A stretch of DNA of 64,000 nt, taken from Eledone cirrhosa (Eukaryota). Both the position numbers and the translations under genes were made by a program. The notes under the pieces are model-generated. The model did not search any database and was not told where the DNA came from. It was given only the letters and a program-made list of their open reading frames with translations. Below are positions 13,071-27,179 of the stretch, in pieces (positions within the stretch are counted from its first letter, which is position 1; each line of letters opens with the position of its first letter). The stretch is taken from the NCBI GenBank assembly GCA_964016885.1, contig OZ024740.1, positions 27,776,001 through 27,840,000 on the forward strand, read 5' to 3'.

Positions 13071-14940
13071 AGAGCAATACCTCGTGTCTAATGTAATCAA
13101 TATTACAGTTGGTAACATATTAGTAAGAGCAATACCTTGTGTCTATTGTAATCAATATTACAGTTGGTAACATATTAGTAAGAGCAATACCTTGTGCCTA
13201 TTGTAATCAATATTACAGTTGGTAACATATTAGTAAGAGCAATACCTTGTGTCTATTGTAATCAATATTACAGTTGGTAACATATTAGTAAGAGCAATAC
13301 CTTGTGTCTATTGTAATCAATATTACAGTTGGTAACATATTAGTAAGAGCAATACCTTGTGTCTATTGTAATCAATATTACAGTTGGTAACATATTAGTA
13401 AGAGCAATACCTTGTGTCTATTGTAATCAATATTACAGTTGGTAACATATTAGTAAGAAAAATACCTTATGTCTATTGTAATCAATATTACAGTTGGTAA
13501 CATATTTGTAAGAGCAATTCCTTGTGTCTATTGTAATCAATATTAGAGTTGGTAACATATTAGTAAGAGCAATACCTATTGTCTATTGTAATCAATATCA
13601 CAGTTGGTAACATATTAGTAAGAGCAATACCGTGTGTCTACTGTAATCAATATTACAGGTGGTAACATATTAGTAAGAACAATACCTCGTGTCTATTGTA
13701 ATCAATATTACAGTTGGTAACACATTAGTAAGAGCAATACCTTGTGGCTATTGTAACCAATATCACAGTTGGTAACATATTAGTAAGAGCAATACCGTGT
13801 GTCTATTTTAATCAATATTACAGTTGGTAACATATTAGTAAGAGTAATACCTTGTGTCTATTGTAATCAATATCACAGTTGGTAACATATTAGTAAGAGC
13901 AATACCGTGTGTCTATTGTAATCAATATCAGATTTGGTAACATATTAGTAAGAGCAATACCTTGTGTCTATTGTAATCAATATTACAGGTGGTAACATAT
14001 TAGTAAGAGCAATATATTGTGTCTATTGTAATCAATATTACAGTTGGTAACATATTACTAAGAGCAATACCGTGTGTCTATTGTAATCAATATTACAGTG
14101 GGTAACATAATAGTAAGAGTAACACCTTGTGTCTATTGTAATCAATATCACAGTTGGTAACATATTAGTAAGAGCAATACCTTGTGTCTATTGTAATCAA
14201 TATTACAGGTGGTAACATATTAGTAAGAGCAATACCTTGTGTCTATTGTAATCAATATTACAGGTGGTAACATATTAGTAAGAGCAATACCTTGTGTCTA
14301 TTGTAATCAATATCACAGTTGGTAACATATTAGTAAGAGCAATACCGTGTGTCTATTGTAATCAATATAACAGGTGGTAACATATTAGTAAGAGCAATAC
14401 CTTGTGTCTATTGTAATCAATATTACAGGTGGTAGCATATTAGTAAAAGCAATACCTTGTGTCTATTGTAATCAATATCACAGTTGGTAACATATTAGTA
14501 AGAGCAATACCTTGTGTCTATTGTAATCAATATTACAGGTGGTAGCATATTAGTAAAAGCAATACCTTGTGTCTATTGTAATCAATATTACAGTTGGTAA
14601 CATATTAGTAAGAGCAATACCTTGTGTCTATTGTAATCAATATTACAGTTGGTAACATATTAGTAAGAGCAATACTTTGTGTCTATTGTAATCAATATTA
14701 CAGTTGGTAACATATTAGTAAAAGCAATACCTTGTGTCTATTGTAATCAATATTACAGTTGGTAACATATTAGTAAGAGCAATACCTTGTGCCTAATGTA
14801 ATCAATATTACAGTTGGTAACATATTAGTAAGAGCAATAGCTTGTGTCTATTGTAATCAATATTACAGTTGGTAACATATTAGTAAGAACAATACCTTGT
14901 GTCTATTGTAATCAATATTACAGTTGGTAACATATTAGTA
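11200..14940. repeat. 34-monomer (1870 bp) tandem duplication
   Basis: TAGTAAGAAAAATACCTTAT occurs at 11581 and 13451, and AGAGCAATAG at 12961 and 14831. Confidence 0.92.
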
Positions 14941-17900
14941 AGAACAATACCTTGTGTCTATTGTAATCAATATTACAGCTGGTAACATATTAGTAAGAGC
15001 AATACCTTGTGTCTATTGTAATCAATATTACAGTTGGTAACGTATTAGTAAGAGCAATACCTTGTGTATATTGTAATCAATATTACAGTTCGTAACATAT
15101 TAGTAAGAGCAATACCTTGTGTCTATTGTAATCAATATTACAGTTGGTAACATATTAGTAAGAGCAATACCTCGTGTCTAATGTAATCAATATCACAGTT
15201 GGTAACATATTAGTAAGAGCAATACCTCCTTGTGTCTATGGTAATCAATATTAAGGTTGGTAACATATTAGTAAGAACAATACCTTGTGTCTATTGTAAT
15301 CAATATTACAGGTGGTAGCATATTAGTAAAAGCAATACCTTGTGTCTATTGTAATCAATATTACAGTTGGTAACATATTAGTAAGAGCAATACCTTGTGT
15401 CTATTGTAATCAATATTACAGTTGGTAATATATTAGTAAGAGCAATACTTTGTGTCTATTGTAATCAATATTACAGTTGGTAACATATTAGTAAAAGCAA
15501 TACCTTGTGTCTATTGTAATCAATATTACAGTTGGTAACATATTAGTAAGAGCAATACCTTGTGTCTAATGTAATCAATATTACAGTTGGTAACATATTA
15601 GTAAGAGCAATACCTTGTGTCTATTGTAATCAATATTACAGTTGGTAACATATTAGTAAGAACAATACCTTGTGTCTATTGTAATCAATATTACAGTTGG
15701 TAACATATTAGTAAGAACAATACCTTGTGTCTATTGTAATCAATATTACAGTTAGTAACATATTAGTGAGATCAATACCTTGTGTCTATTGTAATCAATA
15801 TTACAGTTGGTAACATATTAGTAAGAACAATACCTTGTGTCTATTGTAATCAATATTACAGTTGGTAACATATTAGTAAGAGCAATACCTCGTGTCTAAT
15901 GTAATCAATATCACAGTTGGTAACATATTAGTAAGAGCAATACCTCCTTGTGTCTATGGTAATCAATATTAAGGTTGGTAACATATTAGTAAGAGCAATA
16001 CCTTGTGTCTATTGTAATCAATATTACAGGTGGTAGCATATTAGTAAAAGCAATACCTTGTGTCTATTGTAATCAATATTACAGTTGGTAACATATTAGT
16101 AAGAGCAATACTTTGTGTCTATTGTAATCAATATTACAGTTGGTAACATATTAGTAAAAGCAATACCTTGTGTCTATTGTAATCAATATTACAGTTGGTA
16201 ACATATTAGTAAGAGCAATACTTTGTGTCTATTGTAATCAATATTACAGTTGGTAACATATTAGTAAGAGCAATACCTTCTGTCTAATGTAATCAATATT
16301 ACAGTTAGTAACATATTAGTAAGAGCAATACCTTGTGTCTATTGTATTCAATATTACAGTTGGTAACATATTAGTAAGAGCAATACCTCGTGTCTAATGT
16401 AATCAATATTACAGTTGGTAACATATTAGTAAGAGCAATACCTCGTGTCTAATGTAATCAATATTACAGTTGGTAACATATTAGTAAGAGCAATACCTTG
16501 TGTCTATTGTAATCAATATTACAGTTGGTAACATATTAGTAAGAGCAATACCTCGTGTCTAATGTAATCAATATCACAGTTAGTAACATATTAGTAAGAG
16601 CAATACCTCCTTGTGTCTATGGTAATCAATATTACAGTTGGTAACATATTAGTAAGAGCAATACCTTGTGTCTATTGTAATCAATATTACAGTTGGTAAA
16701 ATATTAGTAAGAGCAATACCTTGTGTCTATTGTAATCAATATTACAGTTGGTAACATATTAGTAAAAGCAATGCCTTGTGTCTATTGTAATCCATATTAC
16801 AGTTGGTAACATATTAGTAAGAGCAATACCTTGTGTCTATTGTAATCAATATTACAGTTGGTAACATATTAGTAAGAGCAATACCTTGTGTCTATTGTAA
16901 TCAATATTACAGTTGGTGACATATTAGTAAGAGCAATACCTTGTGTCTATTGTAATCAATATTACAGTTGGTAACATATTAGTAAGAGCAATACCTTGTG
17001 ACTATTGTAATCAATATTACAGTTGGTAACATATTAGTAAGAGCAATACCTTGTGTCTATTGTAATCAATATTACAGTTGGTAACATATTAGTAAGAGCA
17101 ATACCTTGTGTCTATTGTAATCAATATTACAGTTGGTAACATATTAGTAAGAGCAATACCTTCTGTCTATTGTAATCAATATTACAGTTGGTAACATATT
17201 AGTAAGAGCAATACCTTGTGTCTATTGTAATCAATATTACAGTTGGTAACATATTAGTAAGAGCAATAACTTGTGTCTATTGTAATCAATATTACAGTTG
17301 GTAACATATTAGTAAGAGCAATACCTTGTGTCTATTGTAACCAATATTACAGTTGGTAACATATTAGTAAGAGCAATACCTCGTGTCTATTGTAATCAAT
17401 ATTACAGGTGGTAACATATTAGTAAGAGCAATACCTTGTGTCTATTGTAATCAATATTACAGGTGGTAACATATTAGTAAGAGTAATACCTTGTGTCTAT
17501 TGTAATCAATATCACAGTTGGTAACATATTAGTAAGAGCAATACAGTGTGTCTATTGTAATCAATATTACATGTGGTAACATATTAGTAAGAGCAATACC
17601 TTGTGTCTATTGTAATCAATATTACAGGTGGTAGCATATTAGTAAAAGCAATACCTTGTGTCTATTGTAATCAATATCACAGTTGGTAACATATTAGTAA
17701 GAGCAATACCTTGTGTCTATTGTAATCAATATTACAGGTGGTAGCATATTAGTAAAAGCAATACCTTGTGTCTATTGTAATCAATATTACAGTTGGTAAC
17801 ATATTAGTAAGAGCAATACCTTGTGTCTATTGTAATCAATATTACAGTTGGTAACATATTAGTAAGAGCAATACTTTGTGTCTATTGTAATCAATATTAC

Positions 17901-18400
17901 AGTTGGTAACATATTAGTAAAAGCAATACCTTGTGTCTATTGTAATCAATATTACAGTTGGTAACATATTAGTAAGAGCAATACCTCGTGTCTAATGTAA
18001 TCAATATTACAGTTGGTAACATATTAGTAAGAGCAATACCTTGTGTCTATTGTAATCAATATTACAGTTGGTAACATATTAGTAAGAGCAATACCTTGTG
18101 CCTATTGTAATCAATATTACAGTTGGTAACATATTAGTAAGAGCAATACCTTGTGTCTATTGTAATCAATATTACAGTTGGTAACATATTAGTAAGAGCA
18201 ATACCTTGTGTCTATTGTAATCAATATTACAGTTGGTAACATATTAGTAAGAGCAATACCTTGTGTCTATTGTAATCAATATTACAGTTGGTAACATATT
18301 AGTAAGAGCAATACCTTGTGTCTATTGTAATCAATATTACAGTTGGTAACATATTAGTAAGAAAAATACCTTATGTCTATTGTAATCAATATTACAGTTG
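13950..18400. repeat. Copy of about 2660-7110, offset 11290 bp (205 monomers + 15)
   Basis: AGAGCAATAG occurs at 3541/14831, TATTAGTGAGATC at 4471/15761 and GAAAAATACC at 7071/18361. The +15 equals the five intervening CCT insertions. Confidence 0.92.
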
Positions 18401-18629
18401 GTAACATATTAGTAAGAACAATACCTTGTGTCTATTGTAATCAATATTACAGTTGGTAACATATTAGTAAGAGCAATACCTTGTGTCTATTGTAATCAAT
18501 ATTACAGTTGGTAACATATTAGTAAGAGCAATGCCTTGTGTCTATTGTAATCAGTATTACAGTTGGTAACATATTAGTAAGAGCAATACCTTGTGTCTAT
18601 TGTAATCAATATTACAGTTGGTAACATAT

Positions 18630-21600
18630 TAGTAAGAGCAATACCTTGTGTCTATTGTAATCAATATTACAGTTGGTAACATATTAGTAAGAGCAATACC
18701 TTGTGTCTATTGTAATCAATATTACAGTTGGTAACATATTAGTAAGAGCAATACTTTGTGTCTATTGTAATCAATATTACAGTTGGTAACATATTAGTAA
18801 GAGCAATACCTTGTGTCTATTGTAATCAATATTACAGTTGGTAACATATTAGTAAGAGCAATACCTCGTGTCTATTGTAATCAATATTACAGTTGGTAAC
18901 ATATTAGTAAGAGCAATACCTTCTGTCTATTGTAATCAATATTACAGTTGGTAACATATTAGTAAGAGCAATACCTTGTGTCTATTGTAATCAATATTAC
19001 AGTTGGTAACATATTAGTAAGAGCAATACCTTGTGTCTATTGTAATCAATATTACAGTTGGTAACATATTAGTAAGAGCAATACCTTGTGTCTATTGTAA
19101 TCAATATTACAGTTGGTAACATATTAGTAAGAGCAATACCTCGTGTCTATTGTAATCAATATTACAGGTGGTAACATATTAGTAAGAGCAATACCTTGTG
19201 TCTATTGTAATCAATATTACAGGTGGTAACATATTAGTAAGAGTAATACCTTGTGTCTATTGTAATCAATATCACACTTGGTAACATATTAGTAAGAGCA
19301 ATACCGTGTGTCTATTGTAATCAATATTACATGTGGTAACATATTAGTAAGAGCAATACCTTGTGTCTATTGTAATCAATATTACAGGTGGTAGCATATT
19401 AGTAAAAGCAATACCTTGTGTCTATTGTAATCAATATCACAGTTGGTAACATATTAGTAAGAGCAATACCTTGTGTCTATTGTAATCAATATTACAGGTG
19501 GTAGCATATTAGTAAAAGCAATACCTTGTGTCTATTGTAATCAATATTACAGTTGGTAACATATTAGTAAGAGCAATACCTTGTGTCTATTGTAATCAAT
19601 ATTACAGTTGGTAACATATTAGTAAGAGCAATACTTTGTGTCTATTGTAATAAATATTACAGTTGTTAACATATTAGTAAAAGCAATACCTTGTGTCTAT
19701 TGTAATCAATATTACAGTTGGTAACATATTAGTAAGAGCAATACCTCGTGTCTAATGTAATCAATATTACAGTTGGTAACATATTAGTAAGAGCAATACC
19801 TTGTGTCTATTGTAATCAATATTACAGTTGGTAACATATTAGTAAGAGCAATACCTTATGTCTATTGTAATCAATATTACAGTTGGTAACATATTAGTAA
19901 GAACAATACCTTGTGTCTATTGTAATCAATATTACAGTTGGTAACATATTAGTAAGAGCAATACCTTGTGTCTATTGTAATCAATATTACAGTTGGTAAC
20001 ATATTAGTAAGAGCAATGCCTTGTGTCTATTGTAATCAATATTACAGTTGGTAACATATTAGTAAGAGCAATACCTTGTGTCTATTGTAATCAATATTAC
20101 AGTTGGTAACATATTAGTAAGAGCAATACCTTGTGTCTATTGTAATCAATATTACAGTTGGTAACATATCATTAAGAGCAATACCTTGTGTCTATTGTAA
20201 TCAATATTACAGTTGGTAACATATCAGTGAGAGCAATACCTTGTGTCTATTGTAATCAATATCACAGTTGGTAACATATTAGTAAGAGCAATACCTTGTG
20301 TCTATTGTAATCAATATTACAGGTGGTAGCATATTAGTAAAAGCAATACCTTGTGTCTATTGTAATCAATATTATAGTTGGTAACATATTAGTAAGAGCA
20401 ATACCTTGTGTCTATTGTAATCAATATCACAGTTGGTAACATATTAGTAAGAGCAATACCTTGTGTCTATTGTAATCAATATTACAGGTGGTAGCATATT
20501 AGTAAAAGCAATACCTTGTGTCTATTGTAATCAACATCACAGTTGGTAACATATTAGTAAGAGCAATACCTCGTGTCTAATGTAATCAATATCACAGTTA
20601 GTAACATATTAGTAAGAGCAATACCTCCTTGTGTCTATGGTAATCAATATTACAGTTGGTAACATATTAGTAAGAGCAATACCTTGTGTCTATTGTAATC
20701 AATATCACAGTTGGTAACATATTAGTAAGAGCAATACCTTGTGTCTATTGTAATCAATATTACAGGTGGTAGCATATTAGTAAAAGCAATACCTTGTGTC
20801 TATTGTAATCAACATCACAGTTGGTAACATATTAGTAAGAGCAATACCTCGTGTCTAATGTAATCAATATCACAGTTAGTAACATATTAGTAAGAGCAAT
20901 ACCTCCTTGTGTCTATGGTAATCAATATTACAGTTGGTAACATATTATTAAGAGCAATACCTTGTGTCTATTGTAATCAATATTACAGTTGGTAACATAT
21001 TAGTAAGAGCAATACCTTGTGTCTATTGTAATCAATATTACAGTTGGTAACATATTAGTAAGAGCAATACTTTGTGTCTATTGTAATCAATATTACAGTT
21101 GGTAACATATTAGTAAGAGCAATACCTTGTGTCTATTGTAATCAATATTACAGTTGGTAACATATTAGTAAGAGCAATACCTCGTGTCTATTGTAATCAA
21201 TATTACAGTTGGTAACATATTAGTAAGAGCAATACCTTCTGTCTATTGTAATCAATATTACAGTTGGTAACATATTAGTAAGAGCAATACCTTGTGTCTA
21301 TTGTAATCAATATTACAGTTGGTAACATATTAGTAAGAGCAATACCTTGTGTCTATTGTAATCAATATTACAGTTGGTAACATATTAGTAAGAGCAATAC
21401 CTTGTGTCTATTGTAATCAATATTACAGTTGGTATCATATTAGTAAGAGCAATACCTCGTGTCTATTGTAATCAATATTACAGGTGGTAACATATTAGTA
21501 AGAGCAATACCTTGTGTCTATTGTAATCAATATTACATGTGGTAACATATTAGTAAGAGTAATACCTTGTGTCTATTGTAATCAATATCACAGTTGGTAA

Positions 21601-24600
21601 CATATTAGTAAGAGCAATACCGTGTGTCTATTGTAATCAATATTACATGTGGTAACATATTAGTAAGAGCAATACCTTGTGTCTATTGTAATCAATATTA
21701 CAGGTGGTAGCATATTAGTAAAAGCAATACCTTGTGTCTATTGTAATCAATATCACAGTTGGTAACATATTAGTAAGAGCAATACCTTGTGTCTATTGTA
21801 ATCAATATTACAGGTGGTAGCATATTAGTAAAAGCAATACCTTGTGTCTATTGTAATCAATATTACAGTTGGTAACATATTAGTAAGAGCAATACCTTGT
21901 GTCTATTGTAATCAATATTACAGTTGGTAACATATTAGTAAGAGCAATACTTTGTGTCTATTGTAATCAATATTACAGTTGTTAACATATTAGTAAAAGC
22001 AATACCTTGTGTCTATTGTAATCAATATTACAGTTGGTAACATATTAGTAAGAGCAATACCTCGTGTCTAATGTAATCAATATTACAGTTGGTAACATAT
22101 TAGTAAGAGCAATACCTTGTGTCTATTGTAATCAATATTACAGTTGGTAACATATTAGTAAGAGCAATACCTTATGTCTATTGTAATCAATATTACAGTT
22201 GGTAACATATTAGTAAGAACAATACCTTGTGTCTATTGTAATCAATATTACAGTTGGTAACATATTAGTAAGAGCAATACCTTGTGTCTATTGTAATCAA
22301 TATTACAGTTGGTAACATATTAGTAAGAGCAATGCCTTGTGTCTATTGTAATCAATATTACAGTTGGTAACATATTAGTAAGAGCAATACCTTGTGTCTA
22401 TTGTAATCAATATTACAGTTGGTAACATATTAGTAAGAGCAATACCTTGTGTCTATTGTAATCAATATTACAGTTGGTAACATATCATTAAGAGCAATAC
22501 CTTGTGTCTATTGTAATCAATATTACAGTTGGTAACATATCAGTAAGAGCAATATCTTGTGTCTATTGTAATCAATATCACAGTTGGTAACATATTAGTA
22601 AGAGCAATACCTTGTGTCTATTGTAATCAATATTACAGGTGGTAGCATATTAGTAAAAGCAATACCTTGTGTCTATTGTAATCAATATTATAGTTGGTAA
22701 CATATTAGTAAGAGCAATACCTTGTGTCTATTGTAATCAATATCACAGTTGGTAACATATTAGTAAGAGCAATACCTTGTGTCTATTGTAATCAATATTA
22801 CAGGTGGTAGCATATTAGTAAAAGCAATACCTTGTGTCTATTGTAATCAACATCACAGTTGGTAACATATTAGTAAGAGCAATACCTCGTGTCTAATGTA
22901 ATCAATATCACAGTTAGTAACATATTAGTAAGAGCAATACCTCCTTGTGTCTATGGTAATCAATATTACAGTTGGTAACATATTAGTAAGAGCAATACCT
23001 TGTGTCTATTGTAATCAATATCACAGTTGGTAACATATTAGTAAGAGCAATACCTTGTGTCTATTGTAATCAATATTACAGGTGGTAGCATATTAGTAAA
23101 AGCAATACCTTGTGTCTATTGTAATCAACATCACAGTTGGTAACATATTAGTAAGAGCAATACCTCGTGTCTAATGTAATCAATATCACAGTTAGTAACA
23201 TATTAGTAAGAGCAATACCTCCTTGTGTCTATGGTAATCAATATTACAGTTGGTAACATATTATTAAGAGCAATACCTTGTGTCTATTGTAATCAATATT
23301 ACAGTTGGTAAAATATTAGTAAGAGCAATACCTTGTGTCTATTGTAATCAATATTACAGTTGGTAACATATTAGTAAGAGCAATGCCTTGTGTCTATTGT
23401 AATCAATATTACAGTTGGTAACATATTAGTAAGAGCAATACCTTGTGTCTATTGTAATCAATATTACAGTTGGTAACATATTAGTAAGAGCAATACCTTG
23501 TGTCTATTGTAATCAATATTACAGTTGGTAACATATTAGTAAGAGCAATACCTTGTGTCTATTGTAATCAATATTACAGTTGGTAACATATTAGTAAGAG
23601 CAATACCTTGTGTCTATTGTAATCAATATTACAGTTGGTAACATATTAGTAAGAGCAATACCGTGTGTCTATTGTAATCAATATTACATGTGGTAACATA
23701 TTAGTAAGAGCAATACCTTGTGTCTATTGTAATCAATATTACAGGTGGTAGCATATTAGTAAAAGCAATACCTTGTGTCTATTGTAATCAATATCACAGT
23801 TGGTAACATATTAGTAAGAGCAATACCTTGTGTCTATTGTAATCAATATTACAGGTGGTAGCATATTAGTAAAAGCAATACCTTGTGTCTATTGTAATCA
23901 ATATTACAGTTGGTAACATATTAGTAAGAGCAATACCTTGTGTCTATTGTAATCAATATTACAGTTGGTAACATATTAGTAAGAGCAATACTTTGTGTCT
24001 ATTGTAATCAATATTACAGTTGGTAACATATTAGTAAAAGCAATACCTTGTGTCTATTGTAATCAATATTACAGTTGGTAACATATTAGTAAGAGCAATA
24101 CCTCGTGTCTAATGTAATCAATATTACAGTTGGTAACATATTAGTAAGAGCAATACCTTGTGTCTATTGTAATCAATATTACAGTTGGTAACATATTAGT
24201 AAGAGCAATACCTTATGTCTATTGTAATCAATATTACAGTTGGTAACATATTAGTAAGAACAATACCTTGTGTCTATTGTAATCAATATTACAGTTGGTA
24301 ACATATTAGTAAGAGCAATACCTTGTGTCTATTGTAATCAATATTACAGTTGGTAACATATTAGTAAGAGCAATGCCTTGTGTCTATTGTAATCAATATT
24401 ACAGTTGGTAACATATTAGTAAGAGCAATACCTTGTGTCTATTGTAATCAATATTACAGTTGGTAACATATTAGTAAGAGCAATACCTTGTGTCTATTGT
24501 AATCAATATTACAGTTGGTAACATATCATTAAGAGCAATACCTTGTGTCTATTGTAATCAATATTACAGTTGGTAACATATCAGTAAGAGCAATACCTTG

Positions 24601-25640
24601 TGTCTATTGTAATCAATATCACAGTTGGTAACATATTAGTAAGAGCAATACCTTGTGTCTATTGTAATCAATATTACAGGTGGTAGCATATTAGTAAAAG
24701 CAATACCTTGTGTCTATTGTAATCAATATTATAGTTGGTAACATATTAGTAAGAGCAATACCTTGTGTCTATTGTAATCAATATCACAGTTGGTAACATA
24801 TTAGTAAGAGCAATACCTTGTGTCTATTGTAATCAATATTACAGGTGGTAGCATATTAGTAAAAGCAATACCTTGTGTCTATTGTAATCAACATCACAGT
24901 TGGTAACATATTAGTAAGAGCAATACCTCGTGTCTAATGTAATCAATATCACAGTTAGTAACATATTAGTAAGAGCAATACCTCCTTGTGTCTATGGTAA
25001 TCAATATTACAGTTGGTAACATATTAGTAAGAGCAATACCTTGTGTCTATTGTCATCAATATCACAGTTGGTAACATATTAGTAAGAGCAATACCTTGTG
25101 TATATTGTAATCAATATTACAGGTGGTAGCATATTAGTAAAAGCAATACCTTGTGTCTATTGTAATCAACATCACAGTTGGTAACATATTAGTAAGAGCA
25201 ATACCTCGTGTCTAATGTAATCAATATCACAGTTAGTAACATATTAGTAAGAGCAATACCTCCTTGTGTCTATGGTAATCAATATTACAGTTGGTAACAT
25301 ATTATTAAGAGCAATACCTTGTGTCTATTGTAATCAATATTACAGTTGGTAAAATATTAGTAAGAGCAATACCTTGTGTCTATTGTAATCAATATTACAG
25401 TTGGTAACATATTAGTAAGAGCAATGCCTTGTGTCTATTGTAATCAATATTACAGTTGGTAACATATTAGTAAGAGCAATACCTTGTGTCTATTGTAATC
25501 AATATTACAGTTGGTAACATATTTGTAAGAGCAATACCTTGTGTCTATTGTAATCAATATTACAGTTGGTAACATATTAGTAAGAGCAATACCTTGTGTC
25601 TATTGTAATCAATATTACAGTTGGTAACATATTAGTAAGA
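18630..25640. repeat. Three related blocks, offsets 2316 bp (42 monomers + 6) and 2041 bp (37 monomers + 6)
   Basis: CATATCATTA occurs at 20165, 22481 and 24522, and ATACTTTGTG at 18751/21067. Each block has a pair of CCT insertions. Confidence 0.88.
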
Positions 25641-27179
25641 GCAATACCTTGTGTCTATTGTAATCAATATTACAGTTGGTAACATATTAGTAAGAGCAAT
25701 AACTTGTGTCTATTGTAATCAATATTACAGTTGGTAACATATTAGTAAGAGCAATACCTTGTGTCTATTGTAATCAATATTACAGTTGGTAACATATTAG
25801 TAAGAGCAATACCTTGTGTCTATTGTAATCAATATTACAGTTGGTAACATATTAGTAAGAGCAATACCTTGTGTCGATTGTAATCAATATTACAGTTGGT
25901 AACATATTAGTAAGAGCAATACTTTGTGTCTATTGTAATCAATATTACAGTTGGTAACATATTAGTAAGAGCAATACCTTGTGTCTATTGTAATCAATAT
26001 TACAGTTGGTAAAATATTAGTAAGAGCAATACCTTGTGTCTATTGTAATCAATATTACAGTTGGTAACTTATTAGTAAGAGCAATACCTTGTGTCTATTG
26101 TAATCAATATTACAGTTGGTAACATATAAGTAAGAGCAATACCTTGTGTCTATTGTAATCAATATTACAGTTGGTAACATATTAGTAAGAGCAATACCTT
26201 GTGTCTATTGTAATCAATATTACAGTTGGTAACATATTAGTAAGAGCAATACCTTGTGTCTATTGTAATCAATATTACAGTTGGTAACATATTAGTAAGA
26301 GCAATACCTTGTGTCTATTGTAATCAATATTACAGTTGGTAACATATTAGTAAGAGCAATACCTTGTGTCTATTGTAATCAATATTACAGTTGGTAACAT
26401 ATTAGTAAGAGCAATACCTTGTGTCTATTGTAATCAATATTACAGTTGGTAACATATTAGTAAGAGCAATACCTGGTGTCTATTGTAATCAATATTACAG
26501 TTGGTAACATATTAGTAAGAGCAATACCTTGTGTCTATTGTAATCAATATTACAGTTGGTAACATATTAGTAAGAGCAATACCTTGTGTCTATTGTAATC
26601 AATATTACAGTTGGTAACATATTACTAAGAGCAATACCTTGTGTCTATTGTAATCAATATTACAGTTGGTAACATATTAGTAAGAGCAATACCTTGTGTC
26701 TATTGTAATCAATATTACAGTTGGTAACATATTAGTAAGAGCAATACCTTGTGTCTATTGTAATCAATATTACAGTTGGTAACATATTAGTAAGAGCAAT
26801 ACCTTGTGTCTATTGTAATCAATATTACAGTTGGTAACTTATTAGTAAGAGCAATACCTTGTGTCTATTGTAATCAATATTACAGTTGGTAACATATAAG
26901 TAAGAGCAATACCTTGTGTCTATTGTAATCAATATTACAGTTGGTAACATATTAGTAAGAGCAATACCTTGTGTCTATTGTAATCAATATTACAGTTGGT
27001 AACATATTAGTAAGAGCAATACCTTGTGTCTATTGTAATCAATATTACAGTTGGTATCATATTAGTAAGAGCAATACCTTGTGTCTATTGTAAACAATAT
27101 TACAGTTGGTAACATATTAGTAAGAGCAATACCTTGTGTCTATTGTAATCAATATTACAGTTGGTAACATATTAGTAAG

